Positions 22,924 through 31,850 of a stretch of DNA of 31,850 nucleotides are shown in pieces. The position numbers and the translations under genes are program-made. This DNA is from a virus (Duplodnaviria > Caudoviricetes). The DNA lies in the IMG/VR virus record IMGVR_UViG_3300044541_000026, positions 1 through 31,850 of that record; one strand, given 5' to 3'. Position 1 is the stretch's first letter. Each line of letters opens with the position of its first letter. The notes beneath the pieces were generated by a model. The model did no database searches. It worked only from the letters and a program-made list of their open reading frames with translations, and was not told the DNA's origin.

Positions 22924-24941
22924 GATCCAAACACTCCTGTGTCAAAGCCGTTGGATGGCCTGGTGAAGGTGAGCTGGTTGACGTAGATCGTGGTGCCGGC
23001 GACGAGCGGGGCACCGACGATGCCGGGGCCGACCGTCGCGAACGCCGCGTTGGCTGGTGCGGTGGCGAGGCCGACGGTCATGAGTGTGCCGGCGGGTGTC
23101 GCTGTGAAGCCGCCCACGGTGACGTTGCCGAGGTTCGCGTGGGCGGCGCTCCACCATTGGATCTGGATGAAGCAGTTGGCGACCGAGCTGGCCGAGTAGA
23201 CCCAGCAGGTGCACCGGTACTGCTGCCCGGCCACGATCGGCAGCGAGTCGGGTGATTTGACATCGCAGGATGCTGGCCCGCCGACGACGACGAGCTGCGC
23301 CGCATTCAGATACCAAGGCCCGGGCGGCGCCATCGCAAACGTGCAGTTGGTCTTGGTGAACAGGGCGGTGGTGTCCGGGTGACCTTCCGCCAGGATGAAC
23401 GACGTATCGATCGACATCTTGTTCTGATCGGGTGGGTCGAACATGAACACGTTGTTGGCGTTATCCATGGCGTTCGCGGCGAACAGCCCGTCGTCGAAGC
23501 CTTTACCGGCGACGTCGAAGGTGAAGATGTTCTCCGGCTGGGCCGGCGCCGGCACCTCACAGGTGAGCGTGAGCCGGTGCCGCGACCACTTGCGGATCGT
23601 GTGCTTCACACCCTCGATCATGAATTCGTCATTGAGGCCGAGCGTGTCATCGCGGATGGTGATCCGGTCCGACACCTGGCGCTGGCGGATCTGCGCGAAG
23701 TGGGCCGCGTCCGTGTTCTCGATGTCGAAGGTGACCACTGGCCGGTTGCTCGCATACAGGGTGACGATCCGGTCGGCGATCGCCTGAGCGTCATACACGT
23801 TGGCGAACACGGGCGCGTTGGGCCACGAGTTACGCCCGGACCTCGCCACCGACGACGCGTCCTCAGCACTCACCTTCACCGTCCTGGCCACCGCGACCGG
23901 GTTCGCGGTCAGCGCCAGCCGGTTCACCGTGGAGCCGGCCGCCGCCGTCACGTTGAGGATGGCCGACATCCCCGACGTACGGCTCACGGTGGCCACAACG
24001 ATCCCCGTGTCACTGTCGATGCCTGAGCCCTCCAGCGGCTGCACAGCGTTGATGAACGGGTCGGTGGCGGTGACGAAGAACGTGACCGTGGCGCCGGCGT
24101 CAATCCAGAACGGGGACTCGTTGACCCACACCTCGGCCGCCGGCATCACCGCCCGCTGATCGACGTCGAACGTCGCGGAGTTCACGATCCGGCCGAGCCC
24201 ATGGTCGTAGGTGATCGAGTCCTTGGCCATGCTGAAGCGGCCCGCCGGCTTTGGCTCAGTAGGGACGTTGGTGAACAGGCCAGCCGACGTCCGTGACCTC
24301 AGCGCCAGGGTGCGGTGATGCCGGTCCTCGAAGACGAAGGTGCCGCCCCGCACATAGGCCATCGCGGGTGGCCCCTCCGTGTCGACGAGCTTGCCGATGG
24401 CGGTGGCCGCGTCATCACCCTCCACCCACCAGAACGGCATGCACGTCACGCCCGGGTCGATCGCGCGCGCGCCGGCCCAGCCGATCGCATCGAGGATCAT
24501 GTTGACGGCGTCGCCGGTACGCAGTCCTGAGTAGACCGCCGTGGACAGGCTCGCGGCGTGGGGCCGGCCCCACGCGTCGGTGCTGTTACACGCCAGGGTC
24601 TTCGCGCCGACGTCGGTGACCGGCACGTCCAGGCGCCCGTCGTGGATCGTGATCGTGTCACCGGCGGTCGGGTCGGTGTGCTGGAGCAGCACCCGCTTGC
24701 CCGGGCCGATGTAGCCGTAGAGCGGGGACGCCTGGTTTGCCGGCGAGTAACGCTTGGTGTCGTTACGCAGCGAGAAGACGAACTGGGCGACCGGCGGGTT
24801 CGATCCGGCCTGGGTGGTCTCACGGCCCCATCCGACCGTGATCTCCTCGTCCTTCACATCGCTGGTGTCGTCCTCACCGAGCGAGCCTGGGTCACCGCCG
24901 GCGAACCAGTCGATGCCGAGCGCGTAGCCGCGGACAGGCAT
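22920..24941 (-). CDS. Minor tail / baseplate hub protein with C-terminal carbohydrate-binding-like domain
   Basis: Follows the tape measure gene; F.L.N...RYSP.N..SPLYG; C-terminal AGQQY...WVY...I.WW...AP.NA.FA pattern. Confidence 0.8.
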   Translation of the reverse strand: MPVRGYALGIDWFAGGDPGSLGEDDTSDVKDEEITVGWGRETTQAGSNPPVAQFVFSLRNDTKRYSPANQASPLYGYIGPGKRVLLQHTDPTAGDTITIHDGRLDVPVTDVGAKTLACNSTDAWGRPHAASLSTAVYSGLRTGDAVNMILDAIGWAGARAIDPGVTCMPFWWVEGDDAATAIGKLVDTEGPPAMAYVRGGTFVFEDRHHRTLALRSRTSAGLFTNVPTEPKPAGRFSMAKDSITYDHGLGRIVNSATFDVDQRAVMPAAEVWVNESPFWIDAGATVTFFVTATDPFINAVQPLEGSGIDSDTGIVVATVSRTSGMSAILNVTAAAGSTVNRLALTANPVAVARTVKVSAEDASSVARSGRNSWPNAPVFANVYDAQAIADRIVTLYASNRPVVTFDIENTDAAHFAQIRQRQVSDRITIRDDTLGLNDEFMIEGVKHTIRKWSRHRLTLTCEVPAPAQPENIFTFDVAGKGFDDGLFAANAMDNANNVFMFDPPDQNKMSIDTSFILAEGHPDTTALFTKTNCTFAMAPPGPWYLNAAQLVVVGGPASCDVKSPDSLPIVAGQQYRCTCWVYSASSVANCFIQIQWWSAAHANLGNVTVGGFTATPAGTLMTVGLATAPANAAFATVGPGIVGAPLVAGTTIYVNQLTFTRPSNGFDTGVFGS

Positions 24942-24942
24942 C

Positions 24943-27198
24943 TCACGCCACCCTGATCCGGCGGTGCGCCTTCGCGTCATCGTAGGCCTGGACGAACATG
25001 TCCTCAGCCTGCTTACGGTTCGCGATCACCGAGTTGGAGATGTAGACGATGATGCCGCCGGCGCCCATCGAGTCCCGGTTGCTCATGACGGTCGCCCCCA
25101 TCGCGCCGGCACGGATCAGCTCCGGGCCCTTCTCACCGACCCACGACCAGCCGTACGGGGCCAGCGGCCCGCCGGACGCGAGCACACCGATGCCGCGGAG
25201 ACCGCCGGTGCGTGGCCGGTTCTTGCTGCCCGGTGCCGGGATCAGCTGCTCCCGCACATAGACGTTGACGTCCTCATCGAGGATGCCGTTGAGCTGCGCG
25301 TTGACGCCGGTCTTGAACTTCGCGAACTCACCCACGGCCTTCTTCAGGTTCGGTCCGATGCCGGGCACCCACCCGAACGCGGTCGCAGCCCCGTGCAGGA
25401 TCGTGCCCACGAACGTGAGGAACGCGTTGACGAGCGGCGCGATGACCCGTTGCACGATGAACGTCTTCGCCAGGCTGAACGCAGTCTTGATCGCGGACCA
25501 CGCGGTGGTGAACAGGCCGGGCAGCGTGTCGGTGAAGAAGCTCGCGAGGGCCTGCGCCGCCGTGCGGATCGGCTTGAACACGTTGTTGACGATCTTGTCC
25601 TTCGCGCCGGTGAAGAACCCGACGAACGGCCCGGCGAACCATGAGGCGACCGCCTTCATGAAGCCCCACACGGTCGACCAGTGCTGGTAGATCTCGATCG
25701 CGGCGAGCCCGATCAGGCCGATCGGGCCGAGCGCCGGCAGGAAGAACTTGCCCCAGTTCATGAACCACGCGCCGACCGCCTTCATGAAGCCCCACACGGC
25801 GCCCCACACGGTCTGGAAGAACTGCGTTTTGGTGGCCAGGTAGACGATGCCGGCGGCGAACGCTGCGACAGCAATGACGATCAGGCCGATCGGGTTGGCG
25901 CTCATCGCCGCGTCCCACAGGAGCTGGACGGCGGTGACGAGCTTGATAGCGGCCGCCTCGGCGAGCGTCGCGACCTTCCATGCGACCAGGATGCCGACGA
26001 ACGTCGCAACGGTCGCCTTGTTGTCGCTGATGAACCCGAAGAACGCTTTGATGGCGGTGCCGACCGCGGCCAGCACCGGCGACAGCGCTGACACCGCGGC
26101 GAACACAGCACCGAACGCCGCACCCAGTACGGCCTTGATCTGCGGGCCGTAGGACACGACCAGGTTGCGGATGGCGGGCACTAGGTCATCGGCGATGACG
26201 TGCCAGATCGTTTGGACGAGCCGGATGAACGGTGACCAGTCGACCGAGGTGAGGAACGTGCGCGCGAGCCCGATGAACCGGCCGACGGCGGTGAACGCCG
26301 CCGATATGCCCTTGGCTACCCGGGTGCCGAAGTTCGCGAACGTGGGCGAGCCCAGCCAGGTCGCGAAGCCCTGCGCACCCTTGGAAACGGTGTCGAACAA
26401 CGGGCGGAACGCGCCGGCGAGCGCCTGCGTGACGCTGTCCTTGATGTTGGACATGGCGCCGACGAACGTCTGCGACTGCTTGTCCATCATCCCGCCGAGC
26501 GCGGCGGTGGCGCTGGTGCCCTGCTCGATGCCCTTGATGAGCCGGGGCAACGCATCGGACGACTGCACCTTGCCCGTCGAGATCATTTTGATCATCTGAC
26601 CGGTCGTGACCTTGTACGACGCGGCGAGGATCTTCAACGCTGTCGGCACACCGTTCTGCAGGATTTGGTTCATGTTGCCCATGTCGAGCGTGCCCTTGGC
26701 GGCCATCTGGTCGAACGCGAGGGTGACGCTGTTGACCTGCTGCGCCGAGCCACCGACCGACGCGACCGAGTCACCCAACGCGCGCAGGTCGGGGATGACG
26801 TCCTTCGCGGCGATGCCCATGCCCATCATGTTCTGGGCGTTCTTCACGAGGTCGGTGAACTCGAACGGGGTCGTCTTGGCGAACTGCTGGAGTTGGTCTA
26901 GGAACACCTTCGCCTTTTGGCCCGACCCCAACATCGTCGTGAACGCGATCGTCGACTGCTGCAGTTGGCTGTTGAAGTCGATCGCCGCGCCCTTGACGAA
27001 CCCGAACGCCTTGGTGACACCACCGAGGATCGCGAGCCCGGCACCGATCCGCGCCGTGTAGCGCAGGACGCTGCCGGTGAAGCTGCTACCGAAGCGTTGC
27101 CCCAGCGATTGACCCTGGCGCTGGACGTCGCCGGCGAACCCCTGGTCGACGTTGGGCTTGACCGCGATGAACGCGTCACCGATCTTGCGCCCGGCCAT
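24943..27198 (-). CDS. Tape measure protein
   Basis: 751 aa; AFTTMLGS...LQQFAKTTPFE domain, ANPIGL, W/F-periodic repeats and C-terminal GG...WVGEKGPE. Confidence 0.95.
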   Translation of the reverse strand: MAGRKIGDAFIAVKPNVDQGFAGDVQRQGQSLGQRFGSSFTGSVLRYTARIGAGLAILGGVTKAFGFVKGAAIDFNSQLQQSTIAFTTMLGSGQKAKVFLDQLQQFAKTTPFEFTDLVKNAQNMMGMGIAAKDVIPDLRALGDSVASVGGSAQQVNSVTLAFDQMAAKGTLDMGNMNQILQNGVPTALKILAASYKVTTGQMIKMISTGKVQSSDALPRLIKGIEQGTSATAALGGMMDKQSQTFVGAMSNIKDSVTQALAGAFRPLFDTVSKGAQGFATWLGSPTFANFGTRVAKGISAAFTAVGRFIGLARTFLTSVDWSPFIRLVQTIWHVIADDLVPAIRNLVVSYGPQIKAVLGAAFGAVFAAVSALSPVLAAVGTAIKAFFGFISDNKATVATFVGILVAWKVATLAEAAAIKLVTAVQLLWDAAMSANPIGLIVIAVAAFAAGIVYLATKTQFFQTVWGAVWGFMKAVGAWFMNWGKFFLPALGPIGLIGLAAIEIYQHWSTVWGFMKAVASWFAGPFVGFFTGAKDKIVNNVFKPIRTAAQALASFFTDTLPGLFTTAWSAIKTAFSLAKTFIVQRVIAPLVNAFLTFVGTILHGAATAFGWVPGIGPNLKKAVGEFAKFKTGVNAQLNGILDEDVNVYVREQLIPAPGSKNRPRTGGLRGIGVLASGGPLAPYGWSWVGEKGPELIRAGAMGATVMSNRDSMGAGGIIVYISNSVIANRKQAEDMFVQAYDDAKAHRRIRVA

Positions 27199-27602
27199 CA
27201 GCCACCACCCGATGCGGCGATGAACGCCTCAACCTGGCGGCGACGCTCCTCCGAACCCGATGGGGCGGCCGGCTCAACGACGTCGACGGACACAACGTCG
27301 CGGTGATCGCCCACGCCCACCATGTCCTCCTCATTCACGCCCAGCGCCGCATACAGCGCTTTACGTCCGAGCCAGTCTGTGTATAGCGCGAACAGGATCG
27401 GAACGCCCTCGTGGACGCTCAGACCCCGCCAGCCAGCCGGCGACGGATCTCGTCGATCTGCTCGTCGCTCATGTGCTGACCCGGTGGTCGCGTCTGGGCG
27501 TCGAGCTTGCCCGCCAAACCCGGCCAGGGATAGTCGGCCACTGACGAGCCATTCATAGTGGGCCGCCCATGCGACGATGGCGAGGGCGGCCCGGTAGGGC
27601 CC
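27198..27602 (-). CDS. Tail assembly chaperone extension (-1 frameshift product, gpGT-like)
   Basis: The -1 frame GPYRAALAIVAWAAHY... is open up to the tape measure start and has no credible start of its own. Confidence 0.7.
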   Translation of the reverse strand, partial: GPYRAALAIVAWAAHYEWLVSGRLSLAGFGGQARRPDATTGSAHERRADRRDPSPAGWRGLSVHEGVPILFALYTDWLGRKALYAALGVNEEDMVGVGDHRDVVSVDVVEPAAPSGSEERRRQVEAFIAASGGG

Positions 27603-27892
27603 TGGCTCACGTACTCGATGAGGTCGTTCATGATCTCGACGAGCCGTTCGGGTCGGGTCTTGTACTTGCGGACGTGGGCGGCGAACACCGGGTATCCGTC
27701 CTCGAACGCCGCCCGGAATATCTCCCCGACCGCGGCAGCGCCACGTACCGACGAGATGTCCTCGGCCGCCATCGTCGCCAGGTCGGACACGTCGAGCAGG
27801 GTGACCGTCCCGGTACACACGAACTTGACGCCATCAAGATCGAAGTCGAACGGGTCTTGCTCGAACGGATCGCTGGTGTACGAGCGTCCCAC
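27419..27892 (-). CDS. Tail assembly chaperone (gpG-like)
   Basis: Lies between the major tail and tape measure genes; F.LDG..F.C...GPT. Confidence 0.85.
   Translation of the reverse strand: MGRSYTSDPFEQDPFDFDLDGVKFVCTGTVTLLDVSDLATMAAEDISSVRGAAAVGEIFRAAFEDGYPVFAAHVRKYKTRPERLVEIMNDLIEYVSQGPTGPPSPSSHGRPTMNGSSVADYPWPGLAGKLDAQTRPPGQHMSDEQIDEIRRRLAGGV
27596..27602 (-). other. -1 slippery heptamer G GGC CCT
   Basis: X XXY YYZ pattern in the correct phase to link the two overlapping frames. Confidence 0.65.
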
Positions 27893-27897
27893 TCAGA

Positions 27898-28440
27898 TCA
27901 CGCCCTCGCCGCGGACAGGATCGTGCGGAACGGTTGCACGCTCGGCGGCTTGACGAGCATGAAGCTGCCCGGCAGCGTCGCCTTCGCGGGTGCCTTGCCG
28001 CGGGTGACCTCGACCGATCCGGTCTGGATGCACTTGCGCCAGATCCAGCGCTCGCTAGCGTCGTTGGCCTCCCACCCGAGCATCACGTACACCTCGGTGC
28101 CCAACGCTGGCGGGTCGTAGTACCAACATCCGCCGGGGCCGGCGGTGATGGTGCCACCGTTGAATATCCGCTTCAGGTTCGACGCGGTGATCTCGGCGAG
28201 CGCGAACGCGACCGTGAGGCCACGCTTGGTCGCCGCCTTCGACACCGGGTCCAACTCCTCCGCCACCTCGACGTCCTCGTAGGTCGTCTCATTGGTGAAC
28301 GTCGAACCCTCGGCGGTGTAGCCCGGCTCGATCCAACCCGCCGGCCATGGCGACGTCAGGTCGAGTGGTTCGGATGAGCCCAGCGTGGGGTTGAGCTTCA
28401 GGATGCCGGGCCCGATTGCGATGTTGAGCGGATTCGCCAT
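27898..28440 (-). CDS. Major tail protein
   Basis: IAIGPG.L...W...GYT.EG.TF...F.LAE.T..NL; position in the tail operon. Confidence 0.9.
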   Translation of the reverse strand: MANPLNIAIGPGILKLNPTLGSSEPLDLTSPWPAGWIEPGYTAEGSTFTNETTYEDVEVAEELDPVSKAATKRGLTVAFALAEITASNLKRIFNGGTITAGPGGCWYYDPPALGTEVYVMLGWEANDASERWIWRKCIQTGSVEVTRGKAPAKATLPGSFMLVKPPSVQPFRTILSAARA

Positions 28441-28448
28441 GATTCCTC

Positions 28449-28754
28449 CTACTGGGCGTAGCTATCGAGCGCGGGCCCGAGCGCGGGATGCGCTGCCATC
28501 TTGCGTGTACCGACCTCATCGAAAAACATGTATTCGTGTGCGTTGTCCCAGCCCACATCCGATTCGGGCTGACCCCCGTACGTGCCGGGGCGGGCGGCGA
28601 TGCTGGCGGCGCCGGCGCCGGTGTCCTTGGCGGCGAAGCCACGAGCGGCGCCAGCCAACCGATCGCCGTACTCGGCCGCCAGCGACACAGCCTCGGGCTC
28701 GCGCAGGATCGCGTCGACCTCGGCCATGTACACCACCACCCGCACCTCAGCCAT
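28449..28754 (-). CDS. HK97 gp10-like neck / tail-completion protein
   Basis: F.EVGTRKMAAHP.L.PALD motif. Confidence 0.85.
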   Translation of the reverse strand: MAEVRVVVYMAEVDAILREPEAVSLAAEYGDRLAGAARGFAAKDTGAGAASIAARPGTYGGQPESDVGWDNAHEYMFFDEVGTRKMAAHPALGPALDSYAQ

Positions 28755-28756
28755 GA

Positions 28757-29272
28757 TCAGACGCTCGTGCCCAAGATGGCGATGTCGTAGGTGACCGACG
28801 TGCCCGCGCCCGAGTTCGCGACGTGCAACAGGTCAGCCGTCGCCGCGGTGACCGCGTATCCGGTCGTGTCCGCGGCGCCGCAACCGAGCGCGAAGAACGC
28901 GCCCGGGCGAAGCGTGATGATGCCCGACGCGGCCGGGGTCAGGAACGTCGCGAGCCCGTTCGCGACACCACCGATCAGGACGTTGTTGACGTTCGACGGG
29001 CTCGCCGCGATGAGGATGCCGCGGATACGCGCGAGCACGAACGCCCCACCCAGGTCATCGAGTAGCGCGCCGGCCAGGTCGATGTCCTCCGATGACGACA
29101 GCGCGATCGTGCGGGTGTCGGCCCAGATGCGGTCGACCTGCCCGGCGCCGGTACCCGGGTCGAAGTTCGTCTGTCGGCTGATCGGGTAGTTGATCGTCGC
29201 GTTGCCGAGGTCCTTCGCGGATGCGAGCAGGCCCGCGACCTGGGTGGCGATTGATGCTCCGGTGACTGGCAT
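28757..29272 (-). CDS. Putative virion structural protein
   Basis: GTGAGQVD.IW.DTRT...DIDLAG.L.D..G...YDI.ILG; inside the neck operon. Confidence 0.75.
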   Translation of the reverse strand: MPVTGASIATQVAGLLASAKDLGNATINYPISRQTNFDPGTGAGQVDRIWADTRTIALSSSEDIDLAGALLDDLGGAFVLARIRGILIAASPSNVNNVLIGGVANGLATFLTPAASGIITLRPGAFFALGCGAADTTGYAVTAATADLLHVANSGAGTSVTYDIAILGTSV

Positions 29273-29284
29273 GGTCGGGCCCTC

Positions 29285-29728
29285 TCAGTTGATGTACGCG
29301 TTGGTCGTGATTCGGTAGGCCAGTTCGGTGATAGGCCCATCGTCGGTGTTGACGTAGGTGGACGTGCCGCCAGCGATGCGGATGCTCGTGCCAGGCCCGA
29401 GCATCCGCGGATTCTTGCGCACGATCGCGCCCAGCAGATCGCCGACCCGCTCGGCCTCGACGTCGGCATCGCGGACGGTTGGCTTTCCGGTGATGCGCAC
29501 GAACACCCAGATCGTGTCGACGTCGAGCTTCACCTCATCGTCACCCGACACCGCGCCATCCTCGACGGGCTGCTCGAACGTCACCCGGCCGCCGTAGACG
29601 AGCGTCGCCGATGGGTTACCCGGCCACGCGTACTCGATCTGGACACCGTCGAGCCACATCCCCGGCGCGGCGTAGCTGGCGAACGCGTCGAAGATCGTGC
29701 GCTTGTTGGCGTAGGCGGCGGTGGTCAT
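29285..29728 (-). CDS. Putative tail terminator / neck protein
   Basis: Size and position; V...Y.WPG; ATGA overlap. Confidence 0.65.
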   Translation of the reverse strand: MTTAAYANKRTIFDAFASYAAPGMWLDGVQIEYAWPGNPSATLVYGGRVTFEQPVEDGAVSGDDEVKLDVDTIWVFVRITGKPTVRDADVEAERVGDLLGAIVRKNPRMLGPGTSIRIAGGTSTYVNTDDGPITELAYRITTNAYIN

Positions 29729-30588
29729 GCGATCCACACCCTCGGCTCGGCCTGCCGGGCGTAATATGCGTCGACCTCGGGCACGCCCGTGGTGTCGCGC
29801 CCGGGCTGGCTCAGGCGGTAGATGCCACCGTCGGTGGTGGTGAACTGGACCGCCCGCTGGGGGATGCCCGACGTCGCCCGGTCCTTCATCGAGTTGAGGC
29901 GCAGCTTCGCCCCGGTGCGGATCGTCTCGGGCGGGTAGTCCTCACCATGCTCGTACTCGACGATCACGTTGCGGTGCCCCAGTGGCCACACCTGACCGTC
30001 GTCGCGGATGATGACGCCGTGCGGTTCCGCCGCCAGCGCGGCCAGCGACGCCGCATCGAGCGCCGTCATCGTCTGCCCCGCGTACGGCGCCGTCGACGCC
30101 GCCCGCACCGTCCGCAGGTACAGGTCCGGCACGATGATCTCGGGTGTGCCCGAGCCGTCAATCAGGCGCCGCTTGAATCGGGGCACGAACGCGCGGCGGC
30201 AAATGTCCTCGCACTCCTGCTCGACCTCGATCCGTTTGGTGATCAACGTGCCGAGGGTGTACTTCGCGGCGAGGTTGAACTCGGTGCGGACCTCGTCGAT
30301 CCCGAACAGGAAGTCGCCCACGATCTCGACGATGTCCCGCACGATGACGGTCGCGCCGGCGAAGCTACCCGACCAGTCCAGCGTCCAGGTGTCGGGCACC
30401 GCCGACGGAATCAGCGCGAACGAATAGACGCCCTGACTGTCTCGATTGGCGCTGCCAGCTACGACGGCGGTTCCGTCGAGACGCTTGACGGTGGCGGTGA
30501 CCGCGCCGCCGGCGTCCTGTAGCTGGCCGTCGATTCGGAAGGTGTGCGACTGCGTCACCTTCACCGTCGTCTGGACGCGGGTCAACAT
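29725..30588 (-). CDS. Head-to-tail adaptor-like protein with N-terminal Ig-like extension
   Basis: E..C.RAFVPR...WP.G.RNV.VEYEHG...PP motifs. Confidence 0.75.
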   Translation of the reverse strand: MLTRVQTTVKVTQSHTFRIDGQLQDAGGAVTATVKRLDGTAVVAGSANRDSQGVYSFALIPSAVPDTWTLDWSGSFAGATVIVRDIVEIVGDFLFGIDEVRTEFNLAAKYTLGTLITKRIEVEQECEDICRRAFVPRFKRRLIDGSGTPEIIVPDLYLRTVRAASTAPYAGQTMTALDAASLAALAAEPHGVIIRDDGQVWPLGHRNVIVEYEHGEDYPPETIRTGAKLRLNSMKDRATSGIPQRAVQFTTTDGGIYRLSQPGRDTTGVPEVDAYYARQAEPRVWIA

Positions 30589-30594
30589 CGCGGC

Positions 30595-31848
30595 TCACTG
30601 CTCGCTCGGTGGCGTCTGGGCCTGCGCCTGCGGCGTGCAGACCAGGTAGGGCGCGGTTCCGTACATGACCTCGCGCCAGTCGTAGCCCAGCGACGCGAGT
30701 AGCCCCGTCAGATCGTCTAGTGCGTAGTAGAAATACACGTCGTGGCGCTCGACCAGCAGGTTCGGCCGGAATCGCTCCAGGAGCCCGCTCATGCCCCGCA
30801 ACGCGTGCAGATCTGCGCCTTCGACATCGAGCTTCACCAGGTCGAGCCGATCCAGCTCGCGCAGCTCGACGATCGCGTCGAGCCGGACCGCGTCGACCAT
30901 CACGCGGTCATCGTCAAGGACACCGTCGCCATTGCGGTTGACCGGATCCACGCGCGTCGAGCCACCCGATAGGCGCTGGTTGTCGTCCTGCAGGCTCAGC
31001 ACGTCGTCGACGTCCCAGGCGGCGAACGGGATCACCTCGACGTTGCGGACGTCGTTGAGCAGCAGGTGACGCCGCAACGCGTCCCGGGTGGCCGGGTTGG
31101 GCTCGACCGCGAACACCTTCGACGCCCGGGTCGACATGCGGATCGACCATCGTCCGATGTGCGCGCCCACGTCGAGCAGCACGCCACCCTCGGGCAGTAG
31201 CTCCTCGAACACGGGTTTGAGCGTGTCCTCGTGGTGGGTCCACCCGATCCAGTCGTCGGTGCGCGAGCCACGATCGAGCCACAGGAACCCGTCGGCCTCC
31301 TTGACAGTGCTACGCAGGGACGACTCGGCGGGTGGCTTAGACGCCGCCTCACGCCGCTCGTCGATCGCCGCCTCGAGACGCGTCAGCGCCGGGGCCCAGT
31401 ACTTCTCGGCGACAACGTCCGCGTCATAGTCCTGCGCGAACGCCCACGCCGACGCATGCAGCGCCTCATCACCGCGCCGGTCGTAGGCCTGCTCATACGC
31501 GTCGACGATCCCACCGATGAGCGGACGCCGCGCCCACGCCTTCTGGCTGTCGTGCCAGAACGGCTCACCCGGCACCTGCCAGCCAGCGCCGCAGAGCTCC
31601 GGCATGGCGGTGGTGGAGTTGACCACCACGGGGGTGCCGCACGCCTGCGCCTCGACGATGGGGATGCCGAAGCCTTCACCCCACGACGTATTCGACAGGA
31701 CGTCCGCCGCGCGCATGATGTCCGCCACCGTCGACGCCGGGGTGCCGATCCGATATTGGTACTGGTCGCTGATGACGTACGACCCGCTGGGCAGGTCCGA
31801 GAGCAGGGTGGGGATGTCGACGCCGTTGCGGTGGCTGATGTCGGTGTG
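30595..31848 (-). CDS. GT4 (GT-B) glycosyltransferase fused to an FkbM-family methyltransferase (5' part outside the window)
   Basis: EGFGIPIVEAQACGTPVV (EX7E), then LDVGAHIG, AVEPNP and LVKLDVEGAD; frame open to the window edge. Confidence 0.88.
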   Translation of the reverse strand, partial: HTDISHRNGVDIPTLLSDLPSGSYVISDQYQYRIGTPASTVADIMRAADVLSNTSWGEGFGIPIVEAQACGTPVVVNSTTAMPELCGAGWQVPGEPFWHDSQKAWARRPLIGGIVDAYEQAYDRRGDEALHASAWAFAQDYDADVVAEKYWAPALTRLEAAIDERREAASKPPAESSLRSTVKEADGFLWLDRGSRTDDWIGWTHHEDTLKPVFEELLPEGGVLLDVGAHIGRWSIRMSTRASKVFAVEPNPATRDALRRHLLLNDVRNVEVIPFAAWDVDDVLSLQDDNQRLSGGSTRVDPVNRNGDGVLDDDRVMVDAVRLDAIVELRELDRLDLVKLDVEGADLHALRGMSGLLERFRPNLLVERHDVYFYYALDDLTGLLASLGYDWREVMYGTAPYLVCTPQAQAQTPPSEQ

Positions 31849-31850
31849 CA

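Noticed and set aside
1-31850. tRNA, rRNA, ribozyme, IS element or attP
   Set aside because: No cloverleaf, intergenic hammerhead core, transposase or integrase was recognised by eye; a tRNAscan-SE/Infernal run would be needed to exclude them fully.

Overview
This window is about 32 kb of a high-GC siphovirus or prophage of an actinobacterial host (inferred from the BldC-like and DUF1906-like genes). Most genes are on the minus strand. Reading from the right end: a partial glycosyltransferase-FkbM methyltransferase fusion, neck genes, major tail protein, a tail assembly chaperone with a -1 frameshift, tape measure protein, minor tail genes and a lysis cassette. A convergent plus-strand accessory operon (16964-19948) sits where an integrase and repressor would be expected. 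A divergent control region then leads into a Cro-like HTH, a DUF932-like gene, YqaJ and RecT, a BldC-like HTH, RuvC, many Cys/His microproteins, an HTH replication initiator with internal iterons and an N4/N6 DNA methyltransferase. After these come a displaced fibre/structural cassette, an HNH nuclease, a symmetric repeat locus (candidate cos/pac) and an endonuclease VII gene. No terminase, portal, capsid or integrase gene was recognised in the window. The strongest signals are: (1) a two-fold symmetric array of four 34-bp repeats with 45-bp spacing around a central palindrome at 525-790; (2) three accessory proteins that resemble fragments of virion morphogenesis proteins (capsid, prohead protease, tape measure C-terminal motif), possibly decoys; (3) an iteron origin inside the initiator gene; (4) a GT4-FkbM fusion in the head-neck operon. 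All family assignments come from motif recognition by eye; no database search was run.
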